Shown here piece after piece: positions 30,849-41,990 of a DNA stretch of 64,000 nt. Both the position numbers and the translations under genes were made by a program. Under the pieces are notes generated by a model. That model did no database searches. It was not told the DNA's origin and saw nothing but the letters and a program-made list of their open reading frames with translations. The DNA is from Barthelona sp. PCE (Eukaryota). Position 1 is the stretch's first letter; every line of letters begins with the position of its first letter. The stretch lies in contig JAUFOR010000003.1 in the NCBI GenBank assembly GCA_040285745.1, positions 1,116,001-1,180,000 on the forward strand, written 5' to 3'.

Positions 30849-31520
30849 ATGATTGCAACGAATTTTACATGCGACAAATCTACAATGACCGCTACAGATA
30901 GAAACGAAGCAACCGTCAAGAATCAAACTATCTTATCTGACAACATCCTTCTCGTCAAAGCTTCCCCCAACGCTCCAGACTTCTCAAATAGTTATGATAT
31001 TGCTTTTTCTTTAGTAACAACTATTCATCCCTACATGGTCGATAGCTCTCACTTCACACTTCTAGATCTCGCACACGAGAGTATTCCTGCTGTCACTGAT
31101 GATTTTTTGAACAGCAATCCAGCTGAATTGGAAGAAGTGAAACATTTGGCAAAAAAAATTTGGGGACATGATGGTATTGTTATAATAAGCACGCCTATGA
31201 TGAACTTCAACGTTCCTGCGAACCTCAAACAACTTATTGATGTTACAATTCAAGCTGGGTTGAACTTCTGCTACACAGAACAAGGACCTGAAGGGCTGAT
31301 GAACCCAGAGAAGACACGTATCTTCTTATGTATCTCTTCGGGTGGCATTTATGATAACGAGCGACGTGCTTATGATCACGTAAAACTCTATCTTGAACAG
31401 ATTGCTGATTTTGTCGGCTTAAAGGTAGAAAAAACATTCTGGTGGGGTGGTACCTCAATGCCCGGTGCACAGGAACGTAAGAGAGCGCTGCTTGATGAAA
31501 TGAATGATTACTTTGAATAA
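30849..31520 (+). CDS. FMN-dependent NADH azoreductase (AzoR/AcpD, flavodoxin-like)
   Basis: ILLVKASP, IISTPMMNFNVPANLKQLIDV, AGLNFCYTEQGPEGL, SSGGIY, YLEQIADFVG. Confidence 0.85.
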   Translation: MIATNFTCDKSTMTATDRNEATVKNQTILSDNILLVKASPNAPDFSNSYDIAFSLVTTIHPYMVDSSHFTLLDLAHESIPAVTDDFLNSNPAELEEVKHLAKKIWGHDGIVIISTPMMNFNVPANLKQLIDVTIQAGLNFCYTEQGPEGLMNPEKTRIFLCISSGGIYDNERRAYDHVKLYLEQIADFVGLKVEKTFWWGGTSMPGAQERKRALLDEMNDYFE

Positions 31521-31521
31521 A

Positions 31522-33480
31522 TCAATTCACAAATATTGTTCTACTATACTCATCATTCTCATCAAATGGGTTATGTAACGACGAAACAAACTTTGCATTG
31601 TAAAAAAATTGCTCTAAACAAAATACTTCCGTTGTAAGCTTCCACTCTTCGTTAACAAACTCAACATTATGAATTACCATGGAATTGCATTCATTGTCGT
31701 ACAGGTAACGACGGTACACCATGGAATCTAAATCTATTTTGGCTTTTTTTCCAGAAAGACCAAACAGCTTAGTTACTTCCAAATTTGATGTGTATCTATA
31801 AACTCCGTCGTACAAGATTACAGTATTTCCATCCAAAAACATTGTTGAGTTGTCTCTTCTAACATTTAAAGTTACACTCTTACCAGTTTCTGCATTATAC
31901 AGAAATCCCTTATTTTCAACGATAAAGAAGTTTGTATTAAAACGATTGACTATCAGATTACCGTAAATAGACTCACAATCGATTTGCACATCTTCTCTTT
32001 CCCAATTATTTAATTCATTTCGAGAAACCGTAACTAAGCTAAAACCACGCACAAAAAAAATAATCTTGTTATCCGATACATATAACTCCCTTGCATACTT
32101 ATCAAAGCGTACAATATCCTCAACCTGTTGGCTTGGAACATGCAACAAATGATGACCATCAGAAACAAACAAAATGGATTCTCTACAACCAGTTATAACT
32201 TTACCCTTCCTTATTGAGACACATGTTGAGAACGCGGAGTTGATCCCCTTTCGAGTATCAACACAATACCATCGATCATCTATTCTAATAACAGGCTGAA
32301 TAATATTGGAACATGTGATTAAACAATCTGTTGAGTTTTTGTTAGGGTGCTTACGCACATACATCACTTCATTTGCTGCAAAATCCAAGAATAACAAACC
32401 ACATGGACTAACATAACACACTGACTTGTTAAAAACTAATGTCATATTAGTAAGATCATTGACTCTAGGGTACAAGATGTTCCTTGAAGCAAGCACTCCG
32501 ATAATATTCAATGTGTTCATTTTAATTTGAAAAGCGTGGTAATATGACAGAGGGTGAATAACAGAAAATTCATGCGAAAAAGGTGTTGTCCTAAAGCAAA
32601 CAGGTTCAATCTCAGTGGTCATGAATGAATATGTGTCTCCAACAACTGTGAGTAATCGCCCCTGTACTTTTTTCCAACCATAAGGAAAAAACAGAATTGA
32701 TAATCGTCGTTCAGTAATACTAAACTCTAAAAGAAATGCCTGAGTAGCTTTAAAACATGGTAGATTTGGAAATATTTCATGCAATGCAATTTCATGTGTT
32801 CCACTATCAAAATAAAAAAGAGAAAAAAAGCGATAATCATCATCTTTTCTAGGTGCTCTTAAAATTGCATTAGTATTATGTAATATATAATAGTTAGCTT
32901 CCTGTGCATGTTCTAACACACGTAATTGTATATTTTCTGATGAAAATCTTTCAATATTTCCAAATTTGCCCAATTTAAGAGATGCAAAATACTCACCTAA
33001 AGAAAAATACTCTAAATCTGACCAAACACCTTCTTCAGTCAACAGATTAACGTTGTTTTCATCGTTTAACTCAAAAAGAAATTGATATCCGTTTGCCATT
33101 CGTATATAACCAGTTCTTTTAGTCGTTAAAAAGAGATAAGAAATTCTATCATATACATATGTCATTTTTTCAACTTCTAATGTGCGAACGTTAACAAAAT
33201 AGACGTTAATCTTATCGTTAAATGATACTTCCGATGCATAAATAATATCTTTATCCCATAAAGCTTGTTGAAACATCTTTAAATCTTTTCCACTGTTAAC
33301 AAGTGTCATTGGGTCACCTTTGAGAGTGAGCGTTACATCAAATTCGTCCAGTGAATCGTATTCTGAAGAATTTTCCAATGGAAGAAACTTTAGTGATGAT
33401 CCACCACCAAAAACAATTGTCCCGAAACAAGAATTACCCAAGTTCACAGTTATAATATCGATATCTGAGATATTTGGCAT
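31522..33480 (-). CDS. Beta-rich (propeller-like) hypothetical protein; paralogue of 28772-30651
   Basis: 652 aa from ATG 33480. FLLEFS, PxGxxFLDF, VNxF and FLxxxxxxLxxGxxR blocks are shared with the upstream copy. Confidence 0.7.
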   Translation of the reverse strand: MPNISDIDIITVNLGNSCFGTIVFGGGSSLKFLPLENSSEYDSLDEFDVTLTLKGDPMTLVNSGKDLKMFQQALWDKDIIYASEVSFNDKINVYFVNVRTLEVEKMTYVYDRISYLFLTTKRTGYIRMANGYQFLFELNDENNVNLLTEEGVWSDLEYFSLGEYFASLKLGKFGNIERFSSENIQLRVLEHAQEANYYILHNTNAILRAPRKDDDYRFFSLFYFDSGTHEIALHEIFPNLPCFKATQAFLLEFSITERRLSILFFPYGWKKVQGRLLTVVGDTYSFMTTEIEPVCFRTTPFSHEFSVIHPLSYYHAFQIKMNTLNIIGVLASRNILYPRVNDLTNMTLVFNKSVCYVSPCGLLFLDFAANEVMYVRKHPNKNSTDCLITCSNIIQPVIRIDDRWYCVDTRKGINSAFSTCVSIRKGKVITGCRESILFVSDGHHLLHVPSQQVEDIVRFDKYARELYVSDNKIIFFVRGFSLVTVSRNELNNWEREDVQIDCESIYGNLIVNRFNTNFFIVENKGFLYNAETGKSVTLNVRRDNSTMFLDGNTVILYDGVYRYTSNLEVTKLFGLSGKKAKIDLDSMVYRRYLYDNECNSMVIHNVEFVNEEWKLTTEVFCLEQFFYNAKFVSSLHNPFDENDEYSRTIFVN

Positions 33481-33539
33481 AAAAAGGGGTTGATGTGAGA
33501 AGGTTGAAAAACAATTTTCTGATAAAATGAAAGGTTTTA

Positions 33540-36080
33540 CTAGCAATTCAACCCCAAATCAGCATGTGAAATATCAGATAAGCCCATCCACTGACGCATT
33601 GCATTAATGATCTGGATATCACGGTGTACACGAGTGTAACCATCACCAGCATCATAACCACAAGAATCTGCCTTATAAGCAGGGAAATAAGGAACTCCAA
33701 CACATTCTTTGCAGTCTTGGGCGGTGCCTGTACACATCTTGCAATCGGAGTAACCATCAGGAACGGAACGAATACCCTGATACCACCAGTAAGAAGACAA
33801 GACCAACTTCAAACGTGCGTTATCACAACCATAAGGACTGGTAAAGAGTCTCTTCTCAAATTCACGATGTTGGTTAATAGCTGAAGGGCCAACTTTTGTT
33901 AAAACAACACCTTTATCCTGCAAATCACGAGAAGTGGAACCCGTTGAAGCTGACTCATCAAAATCATCGTTTTCAATTGCAGTTGGGTAATTAGAGTCAC
34001 AAAATGGCTGCAGAGGATAGCTTGCGTCCCAAATCATTATGTTTTTAGCTTCTTCATTTGAAAAACCATTTGCAAGCAAATATTTACGCAAACCATAAGT
34101 AAATGAGTATGGTGAATTGGGATTTCCAATAAGCATATCACGCTCACCGCCAGTCAACACCTCGAGATACATCACCATTGATTCGGGAATGTGCCCACCT
34201 AAAAACTTACGGACGTACTTGAATATTCCAGCCAGATCTTGAGGTCTTATGTGCTTGGCAGCATCAACACGGCCACCCTGGCCACCTGCACTGATGAACT
34301 CAACAATATAAGAAGCAATACGGCGCTGTGTGTAATCATCTGATGTGTCAATATCTGTCAAACCAGAAAGTGCCATTGCGTTCAAAATCAGAGGATCGTT
34401 CCACGAGATGGATCCTCCATACACTGCGTGGTACGAAGACGGAGGAAGAGCTGCGTATGGGTTTTCGTTAATAAGGGGGTTTCCTGTTCTAGGCGTTGCT
34501 TTGTATGCAAAACCGGATGAAATCCACCAAGGAAGAGGTCCATTCTTCCTGAACAGGTTCTGCGACGATGTCTTGGGGCCCCAGACGTCACAGTGTCCAC
34601 CGTTATCGTTCCTATGATAATACATGTCATTTCCAGAACCAGTTGAGTGGTTAATTATGAAGTCATTGATTATACCAACACCATGACTGCGACATGTGTC
34701 GACCATATCGATGAATTCGGAATATGAGCCATATCTGCTCTCGAAATCATACCCAGTAGGTTGATAATTGAAGAACCAAGGATTAAACTGACCACCGTAA
34801 TTGGCATGGAAATCCAGTAGGTGGCCCATCGTTTGTACCTTAACGGCTAGGTATCCTGCCTTGCCCATAAACTCGCATTCACGGGCAACGTCTGTGTACT
34901 TCCAACCGAAAAGTTCTACCACAGCACCCTTCTTTCCGCCTTCATAGTTATCTGGGCGTTGTTTCATGGGTGTGGCCTGCCAAACAAAACGAATGGGGTT
35001 AAGTGTAACCTTCAATCCGGTTTTTGTCGACTTCACAACAACATTAACGATATCTCTATGTGAAGTATCATACTTTTTCTGGGGGTTAGACGAACACTTT
35101 CCATCAAAACAAAACACCAATTTATCGTCTGTATGCTTCTGTAGTGTAACAATAACTAGATTAGCTGAGGTCATTGATGGGTCTGTGTACTGAATTGAAC
35201 CATACGCCATAACAGCACTTAATCCGCCATATCTTTCATCGTAGTCCGCATCCCCTGGGCGTGGCGCCTGCCAGCCGTAATCACCGAACTTAGAGGAAGG
35301 TGTATGGATATCATCCTTCGTTAGATCGCCTGCAGGGTTAGGCACCTGATATGTCTCACAACCAGGAAGACCACATGAGTAATCCTGAGGGTAACACTGG
35401 GTGTTATCGTTAGGGCACATCTTATAGTTTTTCAAACATGCTGTAATATGGCACTCACCAGAGCCACACTGACAAAGAGCCACTTTTGGTCCTTTTGTAC
35501 ATTTCTTGCCACAACCTCCACAGTTACTATTATCATTAAGAAAGTCGGTCATGCAAATACCATCAACTCCCTTACATGTTCCATAGTTGGCGTCGCAAAC
35601 ACATTCACCGTTAACATCACGGCCGTGCGGTCCGCAGTTCTTTCCTTTGCGTGCACAGTTGTATCCGTAGTATCCAGGATCACAAACGCACAGGTTTGGT
35701 GTTTCGAGTGTACCATGTTGACAATCTGAAATCTTTGAAGCTGGTGCAACCTGACCGTTTTGGAGTGTGTATGCTCCCTTATCGGTGATGTGGTAGTTTT
35801 GCCCGTTGTTGTTGTCCCAATCATGCCCATTTGTCATGTCAAAAATGAGATCATTGGAATTGATAATGGAGTATTTCCAACCAGAATAGCTTGGGTTACT
35901 AGAAGTTCCTAACTCATCACCTGGAACGCTATTCCAGGTTTTACCTCCATCTATTGAATCGTGGATGTATACAGTGTCCCAATTCGTCTTGTAATACACA
36001 GCAATATGTGCATTGCAGGAAATGCATAATGTTATCAAACAGAGTATCAAACAGAGTACAGATGCGGATTTTGGACGCAT
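33540..36080 (-). CDS. Secreted alpha-amylase (GH13) with N-terminal CBM25-like starch-binding module and EGF-like/Cys-rich linker
   Basis: Signal peptide; VYYKTNW...WNSVPG...WDNNNGQNY; CVCDPGYYGYNC. GH13 regions VELFGW, YQPTGY, DFIINH, RVDAAKH, YLEV. Confidence 0.85.
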   Translation of the reverse strand: MRPKSASVLCLILCLITLCISCNAHIAVYYKTNWDTVYIHDSIDGGKTWNSVPGDELGTSSNPSYSGWKYSIINSNDLIFDMTNGHDWDNNNGQNYHITDKGAYTLQNGQVAPASKISDCQHGTLETPNLCVCDPGYYGYNCARKGKNCGPHGRDVNGECVCDANYGTCKGVDGICMTDFLNDNSNCGGCGKKCTKGPKVALCQCGSGECHITACLKNYKMCPNDNTQCYPQDYSCGLPGCETYQVPNPAGDLTKDDIHTPSSKFGDYGWQAPRPGDADYDERYGGLSAVMAYGSIQYTDPSMTSANLVIVTLQKHTDDKLVFCFDGKCSSNPQKKYDTSHRDIVNVVVKSTKTGLKVTLNPIRFVWQATPMKQRPDNYEGGKKGAVVELFGWKYTDVARECEFMGKAGYLAVKVQTMGHLLDFHANYGGQFNPWFFNYQPTGYDFESRYGSYSEFIDMVDTCRSHGVGIINDFIINHSTGSGNDMYYHRNDNGGHCDVWGPKTSSQNLFRKNGPLPWWISSGFAYKATPRTGNPLINENPYAALPPSSYHAVYGGSISWNDPLILNAMALSGLTDIDTSDDYTQRRIASYIVEFISAGGQGGRVDAAKHIRPQDLAGIFKYVRKFLGGHIPESMVMYLEVLTGGERDMLIGNPNSPYSFTYGLRKYLLANGFSNEEAKNIMIWDASYPLQPFCDSNYPTAIENDDFDESASTGSTSRDLQDKGVVLTKVGPSAINQHREFEKRLFTSPYGCDNARLKLVLSSYWWYQGIRSVPDGYSDCKMCTGTAQDCKECVGVPYFPAYKADSCGYDAGDGYTRVHRDIQIINAMRQWMGLSDISHADLGLNC

Positions 36081-36148
36081 TTAATGATGTAAAATTCCCT
36101 AATAAAAGAAATAAAGAGGAGAGGAAAAAGTGAAACAGTACTCATACT

Positions 36149-36751
36149 TTATTGCTCAGTAACACCTGTTGTCTCAGCTACACTCTGTTGTTTAGCGTGT
36201 GCTTGCTCATATCTAACACGTTTAGCCTCTTTACGACGTTTATCACGGAGATATGAAGGATTAACAATCTCCAACTGCTCATCCGTCAAATCATCCAAAT
36301 AAACAGACTGTCTGGAGTCAAACGTCATAGTCACGGGCCCAGACAGGTGTAAATCAATGTCCATGTACTCACCAAACTGACCTGTTTCAATGGGTGAGCT
36401 ATGCTCTCCACGCATATATTCGATAAACTTGTTATATAACTCCTGTGCCTCTGTTGGTGCCATGGCTCGGTGGAATTTCGGTCTTTTTCCTCCCCAAATC
36501 GTATACAGAGTGAACTGTGATACAATTAATACAGGTATATTAAGATCACGAACTGAAGCTCTCCATGATCTTTGTTGATCATCCTGGAATATCTTTGAAT
36601 CAAGGATCTTCTTAGACGCCCACTCAAAATCTTCCTCTGAATCACCAGAAGTAAAACCGACAAGAACTGCTATTCCTTTTTCAATAGCACCGCTTATTTC
36701 ACCGCTGACCGTGACTGACCCACTGTCTACCCTCTGAAGAACCAAACGCAT
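36149..36751 (-). CDS. DTD1: D-aminoacyl-tRNA deacylase
   Basis: MRLVLQRV, VSQFTL, TGQFGEYM, GPVT. Confidence 0.92.
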   Translation of the reverse strand: MRLVLQRVDSGSVTVSGEISGAIEKGIAVLVGFTSGDSEEDFEWASKKILDSKIFQDDQQRSWRASVRDLNIPVLIVSQFTLYTIWGGKRPKFHRAMAPTEAQELYNKFIEYMRGEHSSPIETGQFGEYMDIDLHLSGPVTMTFDSRQSVYLDDLTDEQLEIVNPSYLRDKRRKEAKRVRYEQAHAKQQSVAETTGVTEQ

Positions 36752-37286
36752 TGTGTATAATGTGCAATAATGTCAAAAAAAGACAAAAGAAATGGGTAAA
36801 AAATTGTTTTTCAGACGAAATATTCATACTCCAATCTTATACTTCTGTATTAGAAGTAGAAAGCGCAGAATAAAACCGGTTTACTTCAAGTATTCTGAGT
36901 TCTTCAACCTTGCTTCATACCACCGTTATTATTATTATACTAATGACAAAGGTGTTACCTTTATGGTCTGATTCCGGTCGTTTATTTTGCAAACAATTTG
37001 CGTTCAAAGTGAAATTATGCTAATAGTCCTGACAAATAGTACATTAAATATTTCTACATCCTGAAATTGTATTAAAACAAAAATATCTGTAAAAAATCAG
37101 TTTACTTTCCCTCTATTGCCCCTTTTCAGGAAGATTCTAAGGAGAATATAGAAATAGAAGAAACAACACAAAAAGATGTTATGCAGGTAATATTAATTTT
37201 CAGCAACCATTCCCAAATTTGTTCCGTTTAGCCACAACTTAATATATATGTATGAGTAATAACAATAAATGTTTTACAAGAGTACA

Positions 37287-37997
37287 TTAACTATCGTCTT
37301 CTTCGACTTCCTTGATCTCGTAAGCCTGTGGTATATCCATATCTGTTGTCCTGAATACGTTCAAATAGCTGAATAATGACTTCAGATGATGGGCTTGTAC
37401 AACGCTCACATCATCAACTGTGATGCCTAAGTCCTTTGACATGCCCTGAGTCGCGGCATGTGCCCAGTTTGCTTCTGTGGTCACAGTCGTGTTTACCCAG
37501 CCTCCCTTCATCGCGAGCTCTCTAATTGCTACATCATCGCACTCCAACGCTACGGGATTACGTCGCAGGACACGTCTGGGTGCCTTTTTCTGATCAGCGG
37601 GCTGTACTTCCTCTATAGAAGGAAGCATAGCATCAAAGATGTACGTTTCCCTATGATATGAAGATCTACATTCATGGAACCAAGGTAAAAATGAGAGGAC
37701 GGTTTCGAGTCTCTCCAGTGTTGCATCGCTCATCTCCACTTTGTTCTTCTCTGGAATATTCGGGAGACTGAACTCACCCATACTCATCAGCTGTGGGACT
37801 AGATAACCTGCAGGGTGCCATGACTCCATGTCTACCGATACACCCTTGTCTGAAATGAAGAAGGAGAACTCAAGTTCGTTCAGGGGGAAGCTGTGGAAGA
37901 TGTTACCTTGTGGAATAATGGATTTATACTGAGGTTCACCGTAAAGCAAACGCAGCTCGACAATATCGCTCGGCTTCTCGAGCACAGGTTGAACGTA

Positions 37998-38030
<33 letters not shown>

Positions 38031-39422
38031 CTCCTTCGGCTCTTCACTTGGCTCGGGGGTCGGAGTTTCTTCAACTTCAACAGGTTGCACAGGTTCCTTG
38101 ATGTCGACAAGATCTGCAGGACCGACACGCCATCCACGAAGATGTTTGAAGATACGTGTGTCGACCAAGCAAGCAAAAAGACCAAGACGGTATGTGTTGA
38201 CTGTAACACTCGACTCATCAAGTGTGACCTCCATCTGTCCTTGTGTCCACACATTTTCCTCCTCGTCCCAGCGTGCGACCGAAAAGTCACACCCTGAATC
38301 AGGCCTGGGGAACGTGAACGTGACTGGATAGTCGGTCGTCTCAGCAGCAACAGACGGTTTACGCTCTGGCTGCTTAGGTTCCTCACTCTGTGATGCTGAC
38401 GTTGATGACGATGATGAAGGACGCGACTTCCTAGCGCTTCTGCCTCGCTTCTTGGGGGCCACAGCAACACGCTGTCTCTGCTGCACTGGTGGATAAGGAA
38501 GATACACTGGCTTGTCATGGGTCTCTGTAACCAACCTCATTGTCCATCCTGCAACCTGCTTAAACGCCTCAGGCATTTGAAGAAGATCCACCCTATACAG
38601 ATCACCAACCGGTTGATAGTGATTATCTGAGTCGGGGTTGCACAATCTCGGAACAGCTAACAACCGTAACGCAATGTTTGCATAGATAAGGCTAGCTGCA
38701 GAACCCTGTTTTGGAAGGATAATTGCTGATTCGAATCCATCAAAATCGATTGAATCAGTTTTTGATGCGTTGTGACCAACATTCATCCACAAACCAAATC
38801 TAATTTCTGGATGCTCGATGATCAAATCAGCCTTCGACCGATCTGTGTAGTAGTCGTTGCTGTGGACAAGATAGTGTACAGTTAGTGAGTCCACACTCTT
38901 TTGTATCATTTCAGCAAACTGTTTTTGGAATGACAACTTTGATTCCGAATCGACAAATCCTTTTGCATGAGCTTCATCGATTAAACGGATGTATCTGTAC
39001 GAGTCCGCACAGCGCTTCACCAGGACATCAGGATCAATCGTTGTCTCGTCTCTCCATAAACTAAGATATGTATTAATGTCAGAAATCGAGTGAAGATTCA
39101 AATCATCATCACAAGAGATGAACTTCGCCCAGTCGAGGGCTGCTTGCTCACTCTCCATAAGTGTAACAAAAGATTGCATACGAGAAACACGAAAATCAAT
39201 TTCATGTTCAGACTCCTTTTGTAATCTCTCAATTTCCTCAAGGCGGCGCTGCTTTTCCTGTGCTTCGCGCTCTGCCTTTGCTTGTTCTTCACGTTTCATT
39301 TGTTCTTCATGCTTTCTGGCTAATAAAGCTTCACGTTCCGCTGATTTGCCCTTGCTTTTCTTGGTAGACTTGTCCTGCTTCTTTCCGCCTCTGGACTTTG
39401 ACTGTCTGTTTGCACGAGGCAT
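37287..39422 (-). CDS. DNAI7: Axonemal dynein intermediate chain IC97/CASC1-like protein
   Basis: Charged N-terminal coiled coil, then WAKFISC...SDINTYLSLWRDE, FGLWMN, VDLLQMP...GWTMR, YPP and VARWD, as in the CASC1 family. Confidence 0.72.
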
Positions 39423-39604
39423 GATAAGGATAGATATTTGCAATACAATATCTGCTTCACTTTGCTGCCATATTAGAAAGGATAAGATCCGTTAAATCGC
39501 TTTTTATGCCCATGCAGAAAACTGAGTATCCTATTGAGTAAACAAACTTGCAATACAATTCTAACCCATTTTCCCTTTAACGTAACACATTTACATCTGT
39601 TCTA

Positions 39605-40531
39605 ATGTCTGCAGAGGAAAGCTCCCCAACGGTCTTGCCACCAATCTCCCCGCAAACACAAATAACGGCAAATTCTATTGAGGATAACGATAACCAAAGC
39701 AATCGTAGGCAATCACAACTCGATGGCATTTCAGCTGATGCATTTTCAGAGGGACAACTGATTGAATTAATGTACGAAACGGAAGCATCAGTTTTACCAG
39801 ATAAAACCGAAGTGCTAGAGAATTTAAAGAGAAGAAGCCCTCTGGCAAGGAAGCTATCCAAATCAGGTGGTCATGGTAAACCCAAAAAGAGCAATGCTTC
39901 AACAACACAAAAGTCGCCTCGTTCCAAGACAAAGAAGCCTAAAAAGCGTGTAACAGTAAGCCCCCCACGCTTTGTGCAGTATGATAAAGATGAGGTGCGT
40001 GCCAATGCCAAGGATGAATCAAAACAAAAAATGATTGAACGTCTGACCACACTTCAGCAAACTAAATTTGCTCTGTACAATGATCTAGAGGAATGGACGG
40101 ATAAGAGCGTTGACTATCGTCGTAAACGCCGTCATCAATCAGAAAAGAAGTATAACGTTTCACCTTTCCGTGTTTCAAATGAGAGTAATCAAAAAAATAC
40201 CCGCAAACAAATTAAGAAGAGGAAGAGGCAGAAGGAATTGAACAGAATCAAGAAGCTAATTGAGGAGCAAAGAGCAAAGGAAATGGATATTGAAGCACAT
40301 ATTCAAGCTACTGTTCAAGAAGAATTAATTAGAAAAGAAAGAATAGAGACTCTTCTGCAGCAGAAAAGTCAGTTAGATCATGAGAGAGAGGAAGAAGAAG
40401 AGAAGAAAATTGAAGATACTTATGATACGACTACTGACAGCGTTGAATTAACTAAGCCTGAAACTGAAACTGTAGCAGCTGTAGAAAAGCCTGAAGAAAG
40501 TCTTGTTGGAGAGGAATTAACTCCATTGTAA
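39605..40531 (+). CDS. Hypothetical charged/coiled-coil protein
   Basis: 308 aa K/E/R-rich ORF. Confidence 0.65.
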   Translation: MSAEESSPTVLPPISPQTQITANSIEDNDNQSNRRQSQLDGISADAFSEGQLIELMYETEASVLPDKTEVLENLKRRSPLARKLSKSGGHGKPKKSNASTTQKSPRSKTKKPKKRVTVSPPRFVQYDKDEVRANAKDESKQKMIERLTTLQQTKFALYNDLEEWTDKSVDYRRKRRHQSEKKYNVSPFRVSNESNQKNTRKQIKKRKRQKELNRIKKLIEEQRAKEMDIEAHIQATVQEELIRKERIETLLQQKSQLDHEREEEEEKKIEDTYDTTTDSVELTKPETETVAAVEKPEESLVGEELTPL

Positions 40532-40629
40532 GATTTCACTTGTGTTTCATTTGTTCCTCATCGCATATAGCTTTTTGTTTCTCATTTTTTATTGTTTTTC
40601 TTAGAAATAAATGTATCCTAACATTATTA

Positions 40630-41151
40630 CTATTGAATATTAAAAGCATTGTGAAATTTAACATGACCAACTGGTTCTAGTGCATCATCTCTGAGCTTTA
40701 GAACCATAAAATACTCCAAAGGAACATCTGCCAGCTTCAATGTTGTGCTCTGAATGAAACCAAAGCGTATATAATAATCTGGACTCCCCAAAACCGTTGC
40801 GCCATCATATCCCATCTCTGTTAGCTTCTCAAGAGAGTCTCTGATGAGCCTGCTGCCCACGCCAAGCTTCTGATATCTCGGATGTACTGCTACTGGTGCC
40901 AAACATAACCAATTGTTTGGAAGATCCTTTTCTTGCGTATGTATGAGCGAAAATGCAATATATCCAATGATTTCTCCTGTGCTAAGCTCTGCTACGAGTG
41001 ACAAAATAAGACCTTCTTGCTCACGAAGCTTACAAACTATTTCAGCTTCATTTCCATCAGAAACAGGTGCTTCCGCAAATGCTTGTCCCACTAAATCTGT
41101 AATCGCGTCAACTTCGCCCTCCTTCTCCCGTCTTGTAATAAATAAAGACAT
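40630..41151 (-). CDS. GNAT-family N-acetyltransferase (YhbS-like)
   Basis: LSLVAE...IIGYIAFS, LAPVAVHPRYQKLGVGSRLI, VLGSPDYYIRFGF, VKFHNAF. Confidence 0.88.
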   Translation of the reverse strand: MSLFITRREKEGEVDAITDLVGQAFAEAPVSDGNEAEIVCKLREQEGLILSLVAELSTGEIIGYIAFSLIHTQEKDLPNNWLCLAPVAVHPRYQKLGVGSRLIRDSLEKLTEMGYDGATVLGSPDYYIRFGFIQSTTLKLADVPLEYFMVLKLRDDALEPVGHVKFHNAFNIQ

Positions 41152-41425
41152 GATAAACCAGATAAATATTTTTTCAATGGTTGTGGACAATATTCCTGGA
41201 TTTTCAGGGTTTGTCTCTCATTTTGTGCCTGTTCATTCGAAATAAAAGCGCGCTTCAGACCTTTCAACTTTGCGATGGAAAAAGCTGTGTCTCTATTATT
41301 GGGGTATAAATAGCTTTCTTTTCCTTTAATATAACATATATACTAAGCATACCAACAACTGAAATCTGAATTTGTAGCTTTAATTATTACCTGCCTTTAG
41401 TTTTTCCAACCATTATCAAGATTAA

Positions 41426-41959
41426 ATGAGTACTGAAACGTCGATATTCGAGCAGTTTGATAGGCTTTTATCTGATCAAGATAACTTACAACGTCAAAAT
41501 GGTGCCCTGAGAACGAAAATTCAACAACTTGAGGAACAAATCAAATTTTACGAGGAGAAACTAGAAGAACGCGATACCAACAGGATGAATAATGAAGAAA
41601 AAATGCAAGAACTAGAAACAAAAGTTAGAAGCAGTGAATTTGATAGTGAAAACTCACGTAAACATATTGTTAGCCTTCAAGAAGAAAATCATGAGCTCAG
41701 AACCAGTAACAAAACCCTTGAAGATATTCTTCGAACCCAAAAGAATGAATGGTGCGAACGCCTCAACAATCTAAATTTACAATTGAACGACTATGCAAAT
41801 CAATACCATGGATCTCAGCTCTTCCGCCGCATACAGGACCTGGAAGCACGTAATAATGAACTAAATCAATACATTAAAGACATGAATGAAGAAACAAAAA
41901 ATTTGAATTTATGCCAAGCATGTAAGATTATTATTAATCAGCATTTTGGAGACGAATAA
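41426..41959 (+). CDS. Hypothetical coiled-coil protein
   Basis: 177 aa continuous heptad pattern with a C-terminal CxxC. Confidence 0.65.
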   Translation: MSTETSIFEQFDRLLSDQDNLQRQNGALRTKIQQLEEQIKFYEEKLEERDTNRMNNEEKMQELETKVRSSEFDSENSRKHIVSLQEENHELRTSNKTLEDILRTQKNEWCERLNNLNLQLNDYANQYHGSQLFRRIQDLEARNNELNQYIKDMNEETKNLNLCQACKIIINQHFGDE

Positions 41960-41990
41960 ACCCAAAAACAACTTTTTAATTAATGTACAG

